Shown piece after piece: positions 42,408 through 52,328 of a DNA stretch of 52,328 nucleotides. The translations under genes were made by a program, and so were the position numbers. The notes under the pieces were generated by a model. That model was not told the origin of the DNA and did no database searches. It saw only the letters and a program-made list of their open reading frames with translations. Location of the stretch: positions 1 to 52,328 of IMG/VR virus record IMGVR_UViG_3300003311_000001; one strand, given 5' to 3'. Position 1 is the first letter of the stretch. The number at the start of each line of letters is the position of its first letter. Source of the stretch: a virus.

Positions 42408-43894
42408 TGACTGATTTTAGACGCGTATACCATACATTTGAATCAACTGGTACCATTCAACTTAATCAGAGGCAAACGTATCTGGATGAGGGTGTATATG
42501 CTGGGTATGATTTTCCAGTAGTGCCGCCATCCGATTTGTTTCTAAAGTTAGAAATGGGAAACGGTTTTAAGTTTGTCGACGATACAGCTCCGATAAATCA
42601 AGAAATAGTACATGGCTTGGCTATCACCAAGCAAAGAATGTACATTGCCGAAACAGATGCCTCAATGCCAACCATTGAGATACAGCCAACCAATGCCACG
42701 CCACGCATTGATGCAATCATTCTGCAACATAGTAGAATACTTGTGTTTGGCGGTAATGCCCCAATTTACAAAACAGTCGACACACTAGGCATAACCGATC
42801 CTGATGCCATACGCGCGACACTTGGTACGGACGAGGTTTTATTAGGCATACTGGAGTTGCCAATAAACTGTACTGGCTTAGATCAGGTAGGGGTTAACTA
42901 CACAAAAGTTCAAGCCAAAAACTTCAAACGCAACGCAACCCTAAACAAAAGTATCACAGCTTTTGACGATGAGCAAACGGATGGCATAATTTATAGTGAC
43001 TCCTACCCTGCCCTCAATGCCCCACCTTTTTCGGCTGGGCAAACAAACCCTGTTTTGCTTGAGGTCTTTGCCGTAGATGGTAAGTTTTTCACTCAACGTG
43101 CTACTGATGCCATAAACTCAAATGAGGTATTTACAAGATATTATAATGGCACATCTTGGGGGGCTTGGCAAAAAGTAACTGTAGACATTGTAAATGATCT
43201 CGTGACAAATGATCCCACCAAAGCGTTGGGCGCTGACCAAGGCGTAGTTATACTTGGGCTTATTACTGCCTTGGACGGCAGGGTAACAGCAAATGAGGGC
43301 AATATAACTATCCTACAAAATGACAAGGCAAACAAGTCTGATATTGTAAACAATCTGACTACTAATGACCCTACTAAAATACTGGGCGCTGATCAGGGCG
43401 TGGTTATACAAGCTTTGATCAATGCTTTGGACGGTAGGGTAACTGTAAACGAAGGCGATATACTAGATATATTCCAAGATATATTAGACATTGAAAATGA
43501 TATATCCAATATTGAAACTGGTGCCACAAAAGGTATATTAAACTTAAGTGGCGCAAGCATTACTTCAGAATACAATACAGGAAGGACTACACCAAACGGT
43601 AGCGATGTGATTTACATGACAGGAGTTGTTCAAAATTTGCCTAATACATCCGTTGTGCAAAATGTTTTGCTTGCGACAAATGTTAAGAATGTACTCTATG
43701 GCTTAGGAAGTTTTCCGTTTTTTGGTGGTGGGGCTGGTGATAGTAGTAGGGCGTGGACAATCAACGATGCCCTATACTCAAATTACAATGCAACATACAG
43801 CGCAAATGCCTTGAATGAACTTAGATTTGTAGGAAATAACACAGGAAGTTTTTCGGCAGATTTTGCAGGCATAGTATTTTACACGAAAAATTAA
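42407..43894 (+). CDS. Tail fibre protein
   Basis: Follows the baseplate genes and contains a 52-aa tandem fibre repeat (TNDPTK.LGADQGVVI..LI.ALDGRVT.NEG). Confidence 0.6.
   Translation: MTDFRRVYHTFESTGTIQLNQRQTYLDEGVYAGYDFPVVPPSDLFLKLEMGNGFKFVDDTAPINQEIVHGLAITKQRMYIAETDASMPTIEIQPTNATPRIDAIILQHSRILVFGGNAPIYKTVDTLGITDPDAIRATLGTDEVLLGILELPINCTGLDQVGVNYTKVQAKNFKRNATLNKSITAFDDEQTDGIIYSDSYPALNAPPFSAGQTNPVLLEVFAVDGKFFTQRATDAINSNEVFTRYYNGTSWGAWQKVTVDIVNDLVTNDPTKALGADQGVVILGLITALDGRVTANEGNITILQNDKANKSDIVNNLTTNDPTKILGADQGVVIQALINALDGRVTVNEGDILDIFQDILDIENDISNIETGATKGILNLSGASITSEYNTGRTTPNGSDVIYMTGVVQNLPNTSVVQNVLLATNVKNVLYGLGSFPFFGGGAGDSSRAWTINDALYSNYNATYSANALNELRFVGNNTGSFSADFAGIVFYTKN
43184..43465 (+). 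repeat. In-frame 156-nt tandem duplication within the tail fibre gene
   Basis: DIVNDLVTNDPTKALGADQG... is repeated as DIVNNLTTNDPTKILGADQG.... Confidence 0.8.
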
Positions 43895-43899
43895 GATAG

Positions 43900-45342
43900 A
43901 TGGCAATAATAAAATCAATATACTCTGGTAACAGATTTTGTGGCGTAGATACGCAAAAGCCCGCTTTTCAAAATGTGGATGAGCTTGCCGAGTATTATAA
44001 ACTTGATGATGCTGCAAAAAAAGCATTCAAGTCACAGCATTTTGCTTTTAATGCTGGCGATGAGGATAGATATTTTTATAGAGAAGGGCGGGCACTGAGC
44101 CAAGTCATAGTTGCAAAAGAAACTTACAGGGCAACGGATTTCAGAAGAAAGGGAGTGCTGAAAGCGAGTACGCAAATGCTCAACAACCGACCTTTGCAGC
44201 TAGACCACAGCGTAAGCGTAAAGAATAACCGAGGTAGGGTACTTATGCCAAAGTACAAAAAGGCATTTGAATCAAATGGCATTACGGTGCCAGCGGGCAT
44301 AAATGGCATACTAAGAATTAATAAGGTGCTTTACCCCGAACTTGTAGAGCAGCTATCGGGAGACTTGCCAGACTTACAAAGCCTCAGCGTGGGTATTATG
44401 TTTGAAGCTGAACGTAGCCACCCAAATTTACTTGACAAATATGGAGATGAAATAAGTGACTGGGTATACAGTTACTATTGGGTTGGTAAGTATGTAGATG
44501 GCAAGATGGTAACTTGGGAGGTTACCAATATCCTTTTCTATGACGAATTAAGCATAGTTTACGATGGTGCCGACGATACTAGCCAAATCTTGGACATTGA
44601 TGGCGTACCCTACGATATGGAAATGGTTACCAGTGATATTTTCACTCAGGCACGCGAAGAGGGTACGCTTGGAGAATTTACAGAAATGTATAACAAAAAT
44701 AATAAGTATATTGCAAGCCATAGTAATACTTTTCAAGTAATTAAACCAAAAGAACCAAGTATGGATTTAACATTGAAGTCTGGTGCAGGCGAATTTATAA
44801 TCGTTACTGGTGGCGAGGTTAATAAGGAAGTCTTTAAAAAACTAGAGGCACACCTCAAAGAAACCGAAGAAAAAGCCAGTCTTGCCGACGATTACAAGGC
44901 TAAACTTGATGCCAGCAACGAACAGGCAAAAGCCAATGAGTCTATCAAGAGTGAGTTTGAAAAGCTTAAGGAAGAACACCAAACCCTTAAGGTTGAAAAC
45001 GAAAGGTTGATCTCTGAGGCTAACAAAGAAATTGAGAGCAAAAGAGATGCGGTAAAAAAAGCTTACCACGCAACTCTAAAAGAAGAAGATACGCCAAATG
45101 AGGCTTACCTAAGTCTTATATCAAAAGCAAACAACGAAGAACTAAACGCCTTTGCGCAAACATTTAATGTGAAGTTTGGATCAGAACTACCACAGGCTGT
45201 TTGCAATAATTGCGGTAGTTCTGACCATATTACTTATTCATCACACGACAAGGGTGGCGATGGTGATGAAACAAGCCTCAATCAAAGTAAGAGCCACCAA
45301 ACGGCACTGGATGACCTAGAACGCAAGATTGCACTAGGTTAG
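43900..45342 (+). CDS. Prohead protease (S78/HK97-like) fused to a coiled-coil scaffold region
   Basis: RPLQLDHS...LQSLSVGIMFE, followed by a long Lys/Glu-rich coiled coil. Confidence 0.5.
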   Translation: MAIIKSIYSGNRFCGVDTQKPAFQNVDELAEYYKLDDAAKKAFKSQHFAFNAGDEDRYFYREGRALSQVIVAKETYRATDFRRKGVLKASTQMLNNRPLQLDHSVSVKNNRGRVLMPKYKKAFESNGITVPAGINGILRINKVLYPELVEQLSGDLPDLQSLSVGIMFEAERSHPNLLDKYGDEISDWVYSYYWVGKYVDGKMVTWEVTNILFYDELSIVYDGADDTSQILDIDGVPYDMEMVTSDIFTQAREEGTLGEFTEMYNKNNKYIASHSNTFQVIKPKEPSMDLTLKSGAGEFIIVTGGEVNKEVFKKLEAHLKETEEKASLADDYKAKLDASNEQAKANESIKSEFEKLKEEHQTLKVENERLISEANKEIESKRDAVKKAYHATLKEEDTPNEAYLSLISKANNEELNAFAQTFNVKFGSELPQAVCNNCGSSDHITYSSHDKGGDGDETSLNQSKSHQTALDDLERKIALG

Positions 45343-45388
45343 GAAGCAGCCAAGTAAAACAATTAAAAAACTCTAAAAGATTATTTAA

Positions 45389-45901
45389 ATGAGCGATTTC
45401 GGTGCACCAAACTTTGATGTTAAGCGTTACAAGCCGTTTAGAATGGACAACACCAATGTTGTAACGCGTTCTTATGTCCTTAGAAAAGCCGCTGCCGATC
45501 CAGTAGGTACTAGGTATTACCCAACCCAACAGCTAGTACTAACTGGCGTAGACAATGAGGTTAGACCACGTAAATCAACTGATGGGGCTGTTATCCCATT
45601 TGGCGAGATATACACCAAGGCAAAGCCAAAGCCTAGCGATGTAGATCAAGGCGCTGTTGATGGCGATGAGGTATCGGTAAAGGTTTATCATGTAGATGAG
45701 ATCAACGCAATTACAGCGGGTGGTGCTGCAATCACAGCGGGTACTCTTGTGAAGCAGACTGATACAACACCAGTAGAGCCTAACTACCTGACTGAAGTAG
45801 AAACCGCAGTTTCTGGCGATTGGTCAAGTCTCCAAGTAGTTAAGGGTTCCACCAACCCTGTGTTACTCGCAAGGTTGGCAACACCTGTACAAGTGCCCTA
45901 G
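45389..45901 (+). CDS. Head decoration / accessory capsid protein candidate
   Basis: 170 aa, located between the protease-scaffold and capsid genes. Call based on position only. Confidence 0.35.
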   Translation: MSDFGAPNFDVKRYKPFRMDNTNVVTRSYVLRKAAADPVGTRYYPTQQLVLTGVDNEVRPRKSTDGAVIPFGEIYTKAKPKPSDVDQGAVDGDEVSVKVYHVDEINAITAGGAAITAGTLVKQTDTTPVEPNYLTEVETAVSGDWSSLQVVKGSTNPVLLARLATPVQVP

Positions 45902-45957
45902 TAGCGCCAACCAAGATTGATTTTAAAATAATTAAGAACTTTATACTATCTAAATAG

Positions 45958-47361
45958 ATGAAATTTACATTTCAAAAATTAAGTAAGTACTATAAAAAAC
46001 AACTTGACGAGTCCGTTGAATCTGTTTCAAAAGCGGATATCAAGAAGTTTGTACTTGAGTCTTTTAGCTTTGATCCAGCAAAAATAGACGAAAAAAACGG
46101 AGCACATGCCAAAGGAATGTCCTTCATTCAATTTTTGATGGATGCCAGAAACCCAAGCACCGAAAAAGACGGTGTTAAAGTTGGAGGGCACAAGCTGTCT
46201 TTAAAAGATGCGATTTTCATGTATTACGGAGTTGAATCCGTAGAAGAATTTTTCATGGATGTTTTTAGCATCAACTTCAAGCGTCACACGTTCGGTAGCT
46301 TATACCGTAAATTTGCAGGCAATCAGGCTGGTAAATTTACGGTACCTCAGCTAAAAGACATGTTGATTGACTATACAAAGTATCATTTCTCAGCTTTTGC
46401 CGTAGACAAAAAGCTTTTTAGCGCCACCGTTGGCGACTACGCGCCAGTCTTTAATTTCCTTATACCAGAAGTGTATTTGGAGATCATTCGGGCAGATAGC
46501 GATTACATGCCCAAATGGAGCATGTGGACGGGAGGCAGTAGCTTCCCAGCTCAAAACCGTACCAATACTTTTGTTCCATACACTCGTGAAGGGTTAGACG
46601 GATGGGCAGAACGTGGCGAGGCAGAAGATATTCGCATTGGGTCAGAAGTGTTTTTTGATCAGAAAAGAATTGAACTGAGGGAGTTCGCCACTGGTGCTAG
46701 AATTACCGATGAACTATTGGAGCAAAGCACAATTGATCAATTGGGTGAGCACTTTAGAAACATCAACCGAGGCAAAGATAAAAAAATGGACGCCTTGGCA
46801 ATCACCGCAATTGTAAATGGCGAAACCGCATACGACAAGAAAAATCAACTTATTGACCAGTCTATGCCAACCATTGGCGTGGAGAATCCTGCAATAGGCT
46901 GGCAGATGGTAGATATACAGAGAGTTGTTCAGTTGATGACAGCTTTTGGTCTAAGACCAAACATTATGATTACGCGTGTAAAAGATCAGGTAAAGATTTC
47001 TGCTATTCCTGAATATCGCGGATACAACGGGGAAACACGCACGCTAAACATTGAAAATTTAGCGGGTAGAATAGTGGACCTCGAAAACACCCAGCACTTG
47101 CCACCAGCTGATACTATCATATTACTTGATAGTAATGAAGCACTCAGCATTAGTGAATTGGGTGACATGGTGGTGGAGGAAGAACGTAATTCGCGCAACA
47201 AAACAAATGAAATATTTTTCAGCTTTGTAGCGGAGTTTTTCAAGCGTAAACGAATTGCAGCAGTTGGGATTAATGCAACCGTGAGTTATCCAAGTCTACC
47301 ATTTCCTGATTATATGGATTATGACAGATTCGTTGACCAGTCATTTTTCGATGAAAACTAG
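45958..47361 (+). CDS. Major capsid protein
   Basis: 467 aa, with the position and size expected of a capsid gene, followed by a stable hairpin. Confidence 0.6.
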   Translation: MKFTFQKLSKYYKKQLDESVESVSKADIKKFVLESFSFDPAKIDEKNGAHAKGMSFIQFLMDARNPSTEKDGVKVGGHKLSLKDAIFMYYGVESVEEFFMDVFSINFKRHTFGSLYRKFAGNQAGKFTVPQLKDMLIDYTKYHFSAFAVDKKLFSATVGDYAPVFNFLIPEVYLEIIRADSDYMPKWSMWTGGSSFPAQNRTNTFVPYTREGLDGWAERGEAEDIRIGSEVFFDQKRIELREFATGARITDELLEQSTIDQLGEHFRNINRGKDKKMDALAITAIVNGETAYDKKNQLIDQSMPTIGVENPAIGWQMVDIQRVVQLMTAFGLRPNIMITRVKDQVKISAIPEYRGYNGETRTLNIENLAGRIVDLENTQHLPPADTIILLDSNEALSISELGDMVVEEERNSRNKTNEIFFSFVAEFFKRKRIAAVGINATVSYPSLPFPDYMDYDRFVDQSFFDEN

Positions 47362-47389
47362 CAGTAGGTAGCTTAACGATTGATAACAC

Positions 47390-47418
47390 ATAGGCACATG
47401 AATGAATCGTGTGCCTAT
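47390..47418 (+). terminator. 9-bp hairpin after the capsid gene (no T-run)
   Basis: ataggcaca pairs with tgtgcctat. Confidence 0.35.
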
Positions 47419-47450
47419 TATCTATAACTATTAAATTCACAATTCATCAA

Positions 47451-47972
47451 ATGGAAGATAATAAAGAAACAACTGAGTCAAAAGAAAAGACCAGCACTGA
47501 AGAAAAAGCCGTAGCCAAAAAGGTAACCCGAAAAAAAAGCACCAAGAAAACGATCAAAAAAGCGCCAATGCCAGAAAAAGCCGAAGATCAGGGCGAGGCA
47601 TTAAAGCAATCACTTGAACTTAGAAAGGTTAGGGTACATCCTAGACTGCTGGACAAAACTAATGTGTTTGTAACATTCAACCCAAAGTCGAGTGCGCAAA
47701 TATTTTACTGTCCGCAAAATGACGCTACACTCTTAAACACCAAACCTTTGGCGCTTGTGGAGTGCTTGAAAAACACAAAGTACATCGTGGAGGGTGTAAG
47801 ACGTGGAGTACTCACCGAGTATACAGCTGAAGAAGGCTTGGCAAAGTTCAACTCAGAGGCACAAAGAAAGTTGCGCCAAAATCTTTCGACTAATCAAGCC
47901 AGTAGGTTAGAGTATGTAAATGATGTTTTATTGCAACCACAACCAGTTGAGGAAGAAGAACAAAATGCTTAG
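47451..47972 (+). CDS. Hypothetical head-associated protein with a Lys-rich N-terminus
   Basis: ORF from ATG 47451. Confidence 0.5.
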   Translation: MEDNKETTESKEKTSTEEKAVAKKVTRKKSTKKTIKKAPMPEKAEDQGEALKQSLELRKVRVHPRLLDKTNVFVTFNPKSSAQIFYCPQNDATLLNTKPLALVECLKNTKYIVEGVRRGVLTEYTAEEGLAKFNSEAQRKLRQNLSTNQASRLEYVNDVLLQPQPVEEEEQNA

Positions 47973-48189
47973 AGTTAAAATTGCAAAACAACATAGCAAC
48001 ACCCGCATAAATAAAGCGGGTGTTGCTATTAGTCATAGCGATGGTGTAAAGGACTTGCCCAATAGCCCTTTGGTAAGAGAATATATCGACAAAGGCATTT
48101 TGATACTGGTGGAAGAATTGCCAGATAAGCCTGAAGCGAAAACGGACAAGCGAACAGCTAAGAAGTCAACCAAAGAAAATGACAAATGA
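47965..48189 (+). CDS. Hypothetical protein
   Basis: ORF from ATG 47965. Confidence 0.45.
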   Translation: MLRVKIAKQHSNTRINKAGVAISHSDGVKDLPNSPLVREYIDKGILILVEELPDKPEAKTDKRTAKKSTKENDK

Positions 48190-48674
48190 GTTTATCTGTA
48201 AAAAATCGTGTATACAGAGATTTAGCATTTTTAGAAGAGTCGCCCGAAAACGATGACTTAATTGAGTCGTACAAACAGGATGCAATTATAAATTTACAAA
48301 AGCCTTTAGAAAAAGAGGCTTTAAATCCTCCTGATTTATATGACGAGGATAACTATACGCCAATAGAAATTATACTCATAAGCTATTATACCGAGTGTCT
48401 TATACTTGATCAATACATTACCGATCAATCTACTGGCAGTGCTTCAAATGTTGCTGAGGGCAATATTGAAGAGATGCAGACAACCACGGGCAAGATAAAG
48501 CTAAAAACCAACACATCAATTGATGGCAAAGATTTGCTATCTAAGTGTATGAAAAAAATGTGCACACAAGCCAAAACAATGGGCTTAACACTTGCCCAAT
48601 GCACTAGTGGTAGCGTAAGTAAAACCTCAAAGACTGTGTTTATAGCGCCTAGGTCGTTTTTTTATAAATGTTAA
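48186..48674 (+). CDS. Head-tail connector (gp6-like) candidate
   Basis: Assigned by position in a run of connector-sized ORFs linked by ATGA overlaps. Confidence 0.4.
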   Translation: MSLSVKNRVYRDLAFLEESPENDDLIESYKQDAIINLQKPLEKEALNPPDLYDEDNYTPIEIILISYYTECLILDQYITDQSTGSASNVAEGNIEEMQTTTGKIKLKTNTSIDGKDLLSKCMKKMCTQAKTMGLTLAQCTSGSVSKTSKTVFIAPRSFFYKC

Positions 48675-48686
48675 AAGAAAGTCTCA

Positions 48687-49163
48687 ATGTCAATACATGA
48701 TGTTTTCAATAGTGCAATGCGCTTTGCCAACGATTTTTTTAGTGCTGACAACGTTGAATTGATTATTTATACTACTGTTGTGGATGTAAGGGGTATTGAT
48801 TCATCAGAAAACACGACAGTGTATAATCTTACTGGTAATGTGATGTTTGTCAAGTCTAAAGATAATCGTGTGGAGGAAAAGACGGCAGGGGTTATAGATG
48901 AAAACGAAGGCTTGTTTGATGTGGACTGGAGGCAATTTTGTGATAATGGCTTAGGTGATTTTGATCAAGGTATTGTAAATGATTTCGTGTTGGCACAAAA
49001 GGGCAAGGCGCTTATAAGAATAAACGGTCAAACCTACAAGGTAAACAATATCAATCCACTTACCCGCAATAAATCAACTATCAATCAAGCCAATGCCGAG
49101 TATAACGTTGTACGTATTCCATTTGAAAAACTAAATAAAGACATCAGTGCCATTGACAAATGA
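48687..49163 (+). CDS. Head closure / head-tail joining candidate
   Basis: Assigned by position. Confidence 0.35.
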   Translation: MSIHDVFNSAMRFANDFFSADNVELIIYTTVVDVRGIDSSENTTVYNLTGNVMFVKSKDNRVEEKTAGVIDENEGLFDVDWRQFCDNGLGDFDQGIVNDFVLAQKGKALIRINGQTYKVNNINPLTRNKSTINQANAEYNVVRIPFEKLNKDISAIDK

Positions 49164-49639
49164 TAAAAGTTGAAACCGTAGGAAACATAAGTAATCTTGC
49201 TATTGACATTAAAAGGGAAATAGTAAAGCACCAATACAAAGAGCTAAACGAAATAACCCAGAAGGGCGAGCAACTTATAAAAAAACGAATCAACTCCCAG
49301 TCATTTGGTTTTACTCCACTAGATCAAACATACTTACAAAACAAAGTCAGCCTTGGACATAGCTCAAAAATGTTCGTGGCAACTGGTACCTACCTAAAAT
49401 CAATTCTAAGTACAGTGCTTAGTCATAAGCAAGGTTTTATATTTATTGACCCACAAGCAAAGTCAAAGTATGGTACAAGCTATACCCTGATAGCAACCGT
49501 ACTTGAGTATGGCTCCACAAAAGTAAACATACCCGCACGTCCATTATGGCGCTCATCAATGGAGCTAATTAAAAAGGATGTAAGGCGGAACTATTTTGGA
49601 TTACATAAGCTAAAAAATAGGTTAGAAAATATGTATTAA
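49160..49639 (+). CDS. HK97 gp10-like tail-completion / neck protein
   Basis: TKVNIPARPLWRSS resembles the gp10-family ARPF motif. Confidence 0.45.
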   Translation: MIKVETVGNISNLAIDIKREIVKHQYKELNEITQKGEQLIKKRINSQSFGFTPLDQTYLQNKVSLGHSSKMFVATGTYLKSILSTVLSHKQGFIFIDPQAKSKYGTSYTLIATVLEYGSTKVNIPARPLWRSSMELIKKDVRRNYFGLHKLKNRLENMY

Positions 49640-49648
49640 ATTTGGAGT

Positions 49649-50326
49649 ATGGAGTTTATTGCACAAACCGCATTCCCAAACCTTAATATCAGTTCCATTG
49701 CTTGGGGCATCTATGAAGCCATTAGGCTCGAGCTGATTGCCAAAGGCTTATACCCCGACGTTGCTGGCAAAACCTCAGCACAGGTAGACGCTGAGGTTGA
49801 GTTGATAAGGCAAAGCGGCATTATTCCTATAAAGGTAGTGCCAATGGTGCCTGTAAAAGAGCAAGGTGATACAGACAATGGCACCATATTCATTACCCTT
49901 GCCGCCATTGAAAAGGGTACCATTGGCGGCAAAAGCAGAGATTACGAAGATACAGGGTCTAATTTCAATAGAAGGTCCTACCCAGATGCTACTAGGAATA
50001 TTATATTTTTAATAACCCTGCAAGCTGAAAACGTAATCGCCCTTGACTCAATGATTGAGGTTATGTCTGATGCACTGGGCTACCAAGAGATTACCCAAAT
50101 AAGCAGCTATGATTTTGCAAACTCGCAAACAACTGACATAGATTTTGAGATTGAACACATGGACGATATTGTCCTGACTATAGCAGATCAACACGAAGTA
50201 AAAATGACCTATAAGGTAAGAGACGTGTATTTGCAAAAAATAAAGGAAAAAGATATTGCCAAAATAACAAGCGTAAGAGGGTTTATTGATGAGGAATCAA
50301 CTGATCCTGACATTGTTTCACCATAA
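49649..50326 (+). CDS. Tail terminator / sheath-stabiliser candidate
   Basis: Lies immediately upstream of the sheath gene. Confidence 0.4.
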   Translation: MEFIAQTAFPNLNISSIAWGIYEAIRLELIAKGLYPDVAGKTSAQVDAEVELIRQSGIIPIKVVPMVPVKEQGDTDNGTIFITLAAIEKGTIGGKSRDYEDTGSNFNRRSYPDATRNIIFLITLQAENVIALDSMIEVMSDALGYQEITQISSYDFANSQTTDIDFEIEHMDDIVLTIADQHEVKMTYKVRDVYLQKIKEKDIAKITSVRGFIDEESTDPDIVSP

Positions 50327-50340
50327 ATTAATTTAATACA

Positions 50341-51978
50341 ATGGCATTAAACAAAGGAAATTTGCAGGTATCATACACCATAGAGGACGGTGGAATACCA
50401 CAAATTAAAGCAGATGAGCCTGCCTACCTCATCGCTACACCTTCTTTGCGGGGTGTGAATGGCAACCCAGAATTGTTTACAACGAAAGAACAATTTCTAC
50501 TCAAGCGTGGTGGAAGTTTGCCAGGCAATAACGATGTAGATAAGCTGATTCACATGCTGGATGGTGGCGTAAAAATTATTCACGCTAGGGTAAATCATCT
50601 TACCGACCAAGCCGACAAAGGCACAATAGTAGGTACAAAAGCAACAATTACCTATACAGTAGGCACCGACTCTGTTGTATTTAATGCTACGGAGGTAGGA
50701 GCTGGATACAACGGTATAGAGATCACAGTAGATGTGTCTGCCGCAAAGGGCACAGGGTTTGTCGACATCAACGTGCGCGTACCAGAGTCAAACGCTTTTC
50801 CATCAGCACCAATAGTGATTGGATTACCTGAGAATCCAGATACTGACGAACTGGATGAAGCTAACACTGCTTTGGCTTCCTATGGTATTGAAATAGGTAC
50901 CATAACTAACAAGATACCTGCCGATGGCACCGTGCAAACTCTTGCAGGAGGCGTTGAGGACATAACACTTATTACGACCACTGATTATATTGGCAATCGT
51001 AGTGCTTCTACTGGTGGGGTATACTGCTTTAATGATGAGGAAAGGGGAAACAGAATATTCACCTTTCAAACCGATGCAGCGGTATTAAATGAATTTTTGA
51101 AAGCTCTTGATAGGTCCATTGACGTAAACGGTCGACAAGATTTAGAGGCTGAGTTTCAAACTGTGCCCGTAGAGAACCTTACCCAAGCAATAGCTGCAGC
51201 AAACGCTAGAACTGCAGCGGGCTTTGATACATTTTACGGTTCTTTGTTTTTGGCAGTTCCTACGACTATTCCAAAGCCACTTGACCGAAACAAAAACATT
51301 GGCATTGATACGTTTACAAAGTATCTTATTTTGCGGTACGTGGCTGATAAAACTCGTGCAATGCAAGCCTCTCCAATGAACGAAGATTTCGGATTTGTAA
51401 CTGACTTCAAGTCAATTGCTTGGAATCCAAGAGAAGCAGGGAACATACAGGATTTTACCAATTCGGTTTATGGGAAAGGCATAAACTACATAGGAAGAGT
51501 AACAACATCCGAAGGTGAAAAAGTATGGAAGGTGTTTGGCGACAGAAACTTGCTTATAGATCAAACTCAAATTAGGTCACGAAAAAGTGCAGGTGACTGC
51601 ATTATTGATCTAATTCAGAGATTGAAGCCGATAGACCTTGGTATGTTGGGTAAAAACAATGATGTACCTGAGTGGCTGAAAAGGTCAAACCAAGTAGAGG
51701 CACTTTTAGAGGGAAGGTATGAGGCAAGATTGGCTATAAAGGCTGGTAAAAACATCAACTGGCGCATAATAGGTGATCAGGATGTACCATATGATTACGT
51801 TGAGGATGATCTTACCATCAATACGATAGCAGCTATTGAGAATGGCATTTACTCTTATAGAGTGATCATTAAACCAATTCCGATTACTACACAGGTAAAC
51901 GGGGCTATCGCAGTTACGCAACAAACCTCTGTTCTTTCAGGAGAAAGCACAGCACAAATTAGCGAAGTACCCGCATAA
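50341..51978 (+). CDS. Contractile tail sheath protein
   Basis: 545 aa, upstream of the tube gene, with sheath-like sequence features. Confidence 0.75.
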   Translation: MALNKGNLQVSYTIEDGGIPQIKADEPAYLIATPSLRGVNGNPELFTTKEQFLLKRGGSLPGNNDVDKLIHMLDGGVKIIHARVNHLTDQADKGTIVGTKATITYTVGTDSVVFNATEVGAGYNGIEITVDVSAAKGTGFVDINVRVPESNAFPSAPIVIGLPENPDTDELDEANTALASYGIEIGTITNKIPADGTVQTLAGGVEDITLITTTDYIGNRSASTGGVYCFNDEERGNRIFTFQTDAAVLNEFLKALDRSIDVNGRQDLEAEFQTVPVENLTQAIAAANARTAAGFDTFYGSLFLAVPTTIPKPLDRNKNIGIDTFTKYLILRYVADKTRAMQASPMNEDFGFVTDFKSIAWNPREAGNIQDFTNSVYGKGINYIGRVTTSEGEKVWKVFGDRNLLIDQTQIRSRKSAGDCIIDLIQRLKPIDLGMLGKNNDVPEWLKRSNQVEALLEGRYEARLAIKAGKNINWRIIGDQDVPYDYVEDDLTINTIAAIENGIYSYRVIIKPIPITTQVNGAIAVTQQTSVLSGESTAQISEVPA

Positions 51979-52017
51979 CGCAGGTCTATTTTTTTAACAT
52001 AGCATAACCTAAAAACA

Positions 52018-52328
52018 ATGGGTATATTTACAAAGGTAGAAAAGGGTCACGACTTGGTTATCGCCATACAAGGACTGGGCGGTACGGGTCTTTTGGAAGT
52101 GCAGGGCATTACCCTGCCCAAGAAAATGCTCGAGGCAATTGAGCATAGCGAAGGAGGTAGAAAATCTTTTACGGCTGGTAATGAAAGTGTAGAGGATTTG
52201 ACTATGAAATTTATAAAACCGCTTGGCGGCTTGGCGCTTCCATTTTTTCAAGACAAGTATGCGGCAAACCAAGTTGGCTTGCCAACTTCACAATTTTCTG
52301 TAAACGTGATATCTTTGGCAACCAATAT
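52018..52328 (+). CDS. Tail tube protein, N-terminal part (truncated by the window end; continues at 80..233)
   Basis: ATG 52018 gives MGIFTKVEKGHDLVIAIQGLGG.... The frame is continuous through the 79-bp overlap. Confidence 0.6.
   Translation, partial: MGIFTKVEKGHDLVIAIQGLGGTGLLEVQGITLPKKMLEAIEHSEGGRKSFTAGNESVEDLTMKFIKPLGGLALPFFQDKYAANQVGLPTSQFSVNVISLATN
52250..52328. repeat. Second copy of the 79-bp terminal overlap
   Basis: Identical to 1..79. Confidence 0.95.

Noticed and set aside
43184-43465. Tail-fibre repeat as a diversity-generating retroelement TR/VR pair
   Set aside because: Both copies are in frame inside the same gene. The mismatches are not adenine-specific, and there is no reverse transcriptase anywhere in the genome. 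This is an ordinary fibre protein repeat.
1-52328. CRISPR arrays, integrase/attP, transposases or a prophage boundary
   Set aside because: I saw no regularly spaced direct repeats with spacers and no recombinase-like ORF. The identical ends indicate a free, complete phage genome rather than an integrated element.

Overview
The first 79 bp (1..79) are identical to the last 79 bp (52250..52328). The window is therefore a closed, complete dsDNA phage genome with a unit length of about 52,249 bp, and the tail-tube gene runs across the junction. It is an A+T-rich phage with a contractile tail. I can recognise: sheath, tube, a tail chaperone with a -1 frameshift, tape measure, gpD-like hub, gpV-like spike, gp25/W-like, J-like and I-like baseplate proteins, a tail fibre, an S78-like prohead protease fused to a scaffold, a decoration protein, the major capsid protein, head-tail connectors, TerS/TerL and a probable portal. 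The replication module has an initiator gene that carries ori-like iterons, a DnaB helicase and a VRR-NUC-like nuclease. About 14 copies of one promoter motif (TATGTATATTTGCATA, which contains the Bacteroidota -7 box TAnnTTTG), the general lack of Shine-Dalgarno sequences and several lipoprotein signal peptides point to a Bacteroidota host. I found no integrase, tRNA, CRISPR array, reverse transcriptase, DNA polymerase or recognisable endolysin. The most unusual feature is the architecture: late structural genes are interrupted by accessory cassettes bounded by a promoter and a terminator. One cassette carries a PAPS-reductase-like gene and sits between baseplate J and I. Also notable are a family of DnaJ-type CxxCxGxG zinc-finger genes, a lipoprotein/beta-propeller island, candidate non-coding RNAs and apparently leaderless late genes. 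All protein-family calls come from motif recognition by eye, with no database search, and all coordinates of RNA structures and promoters are hand-derived.
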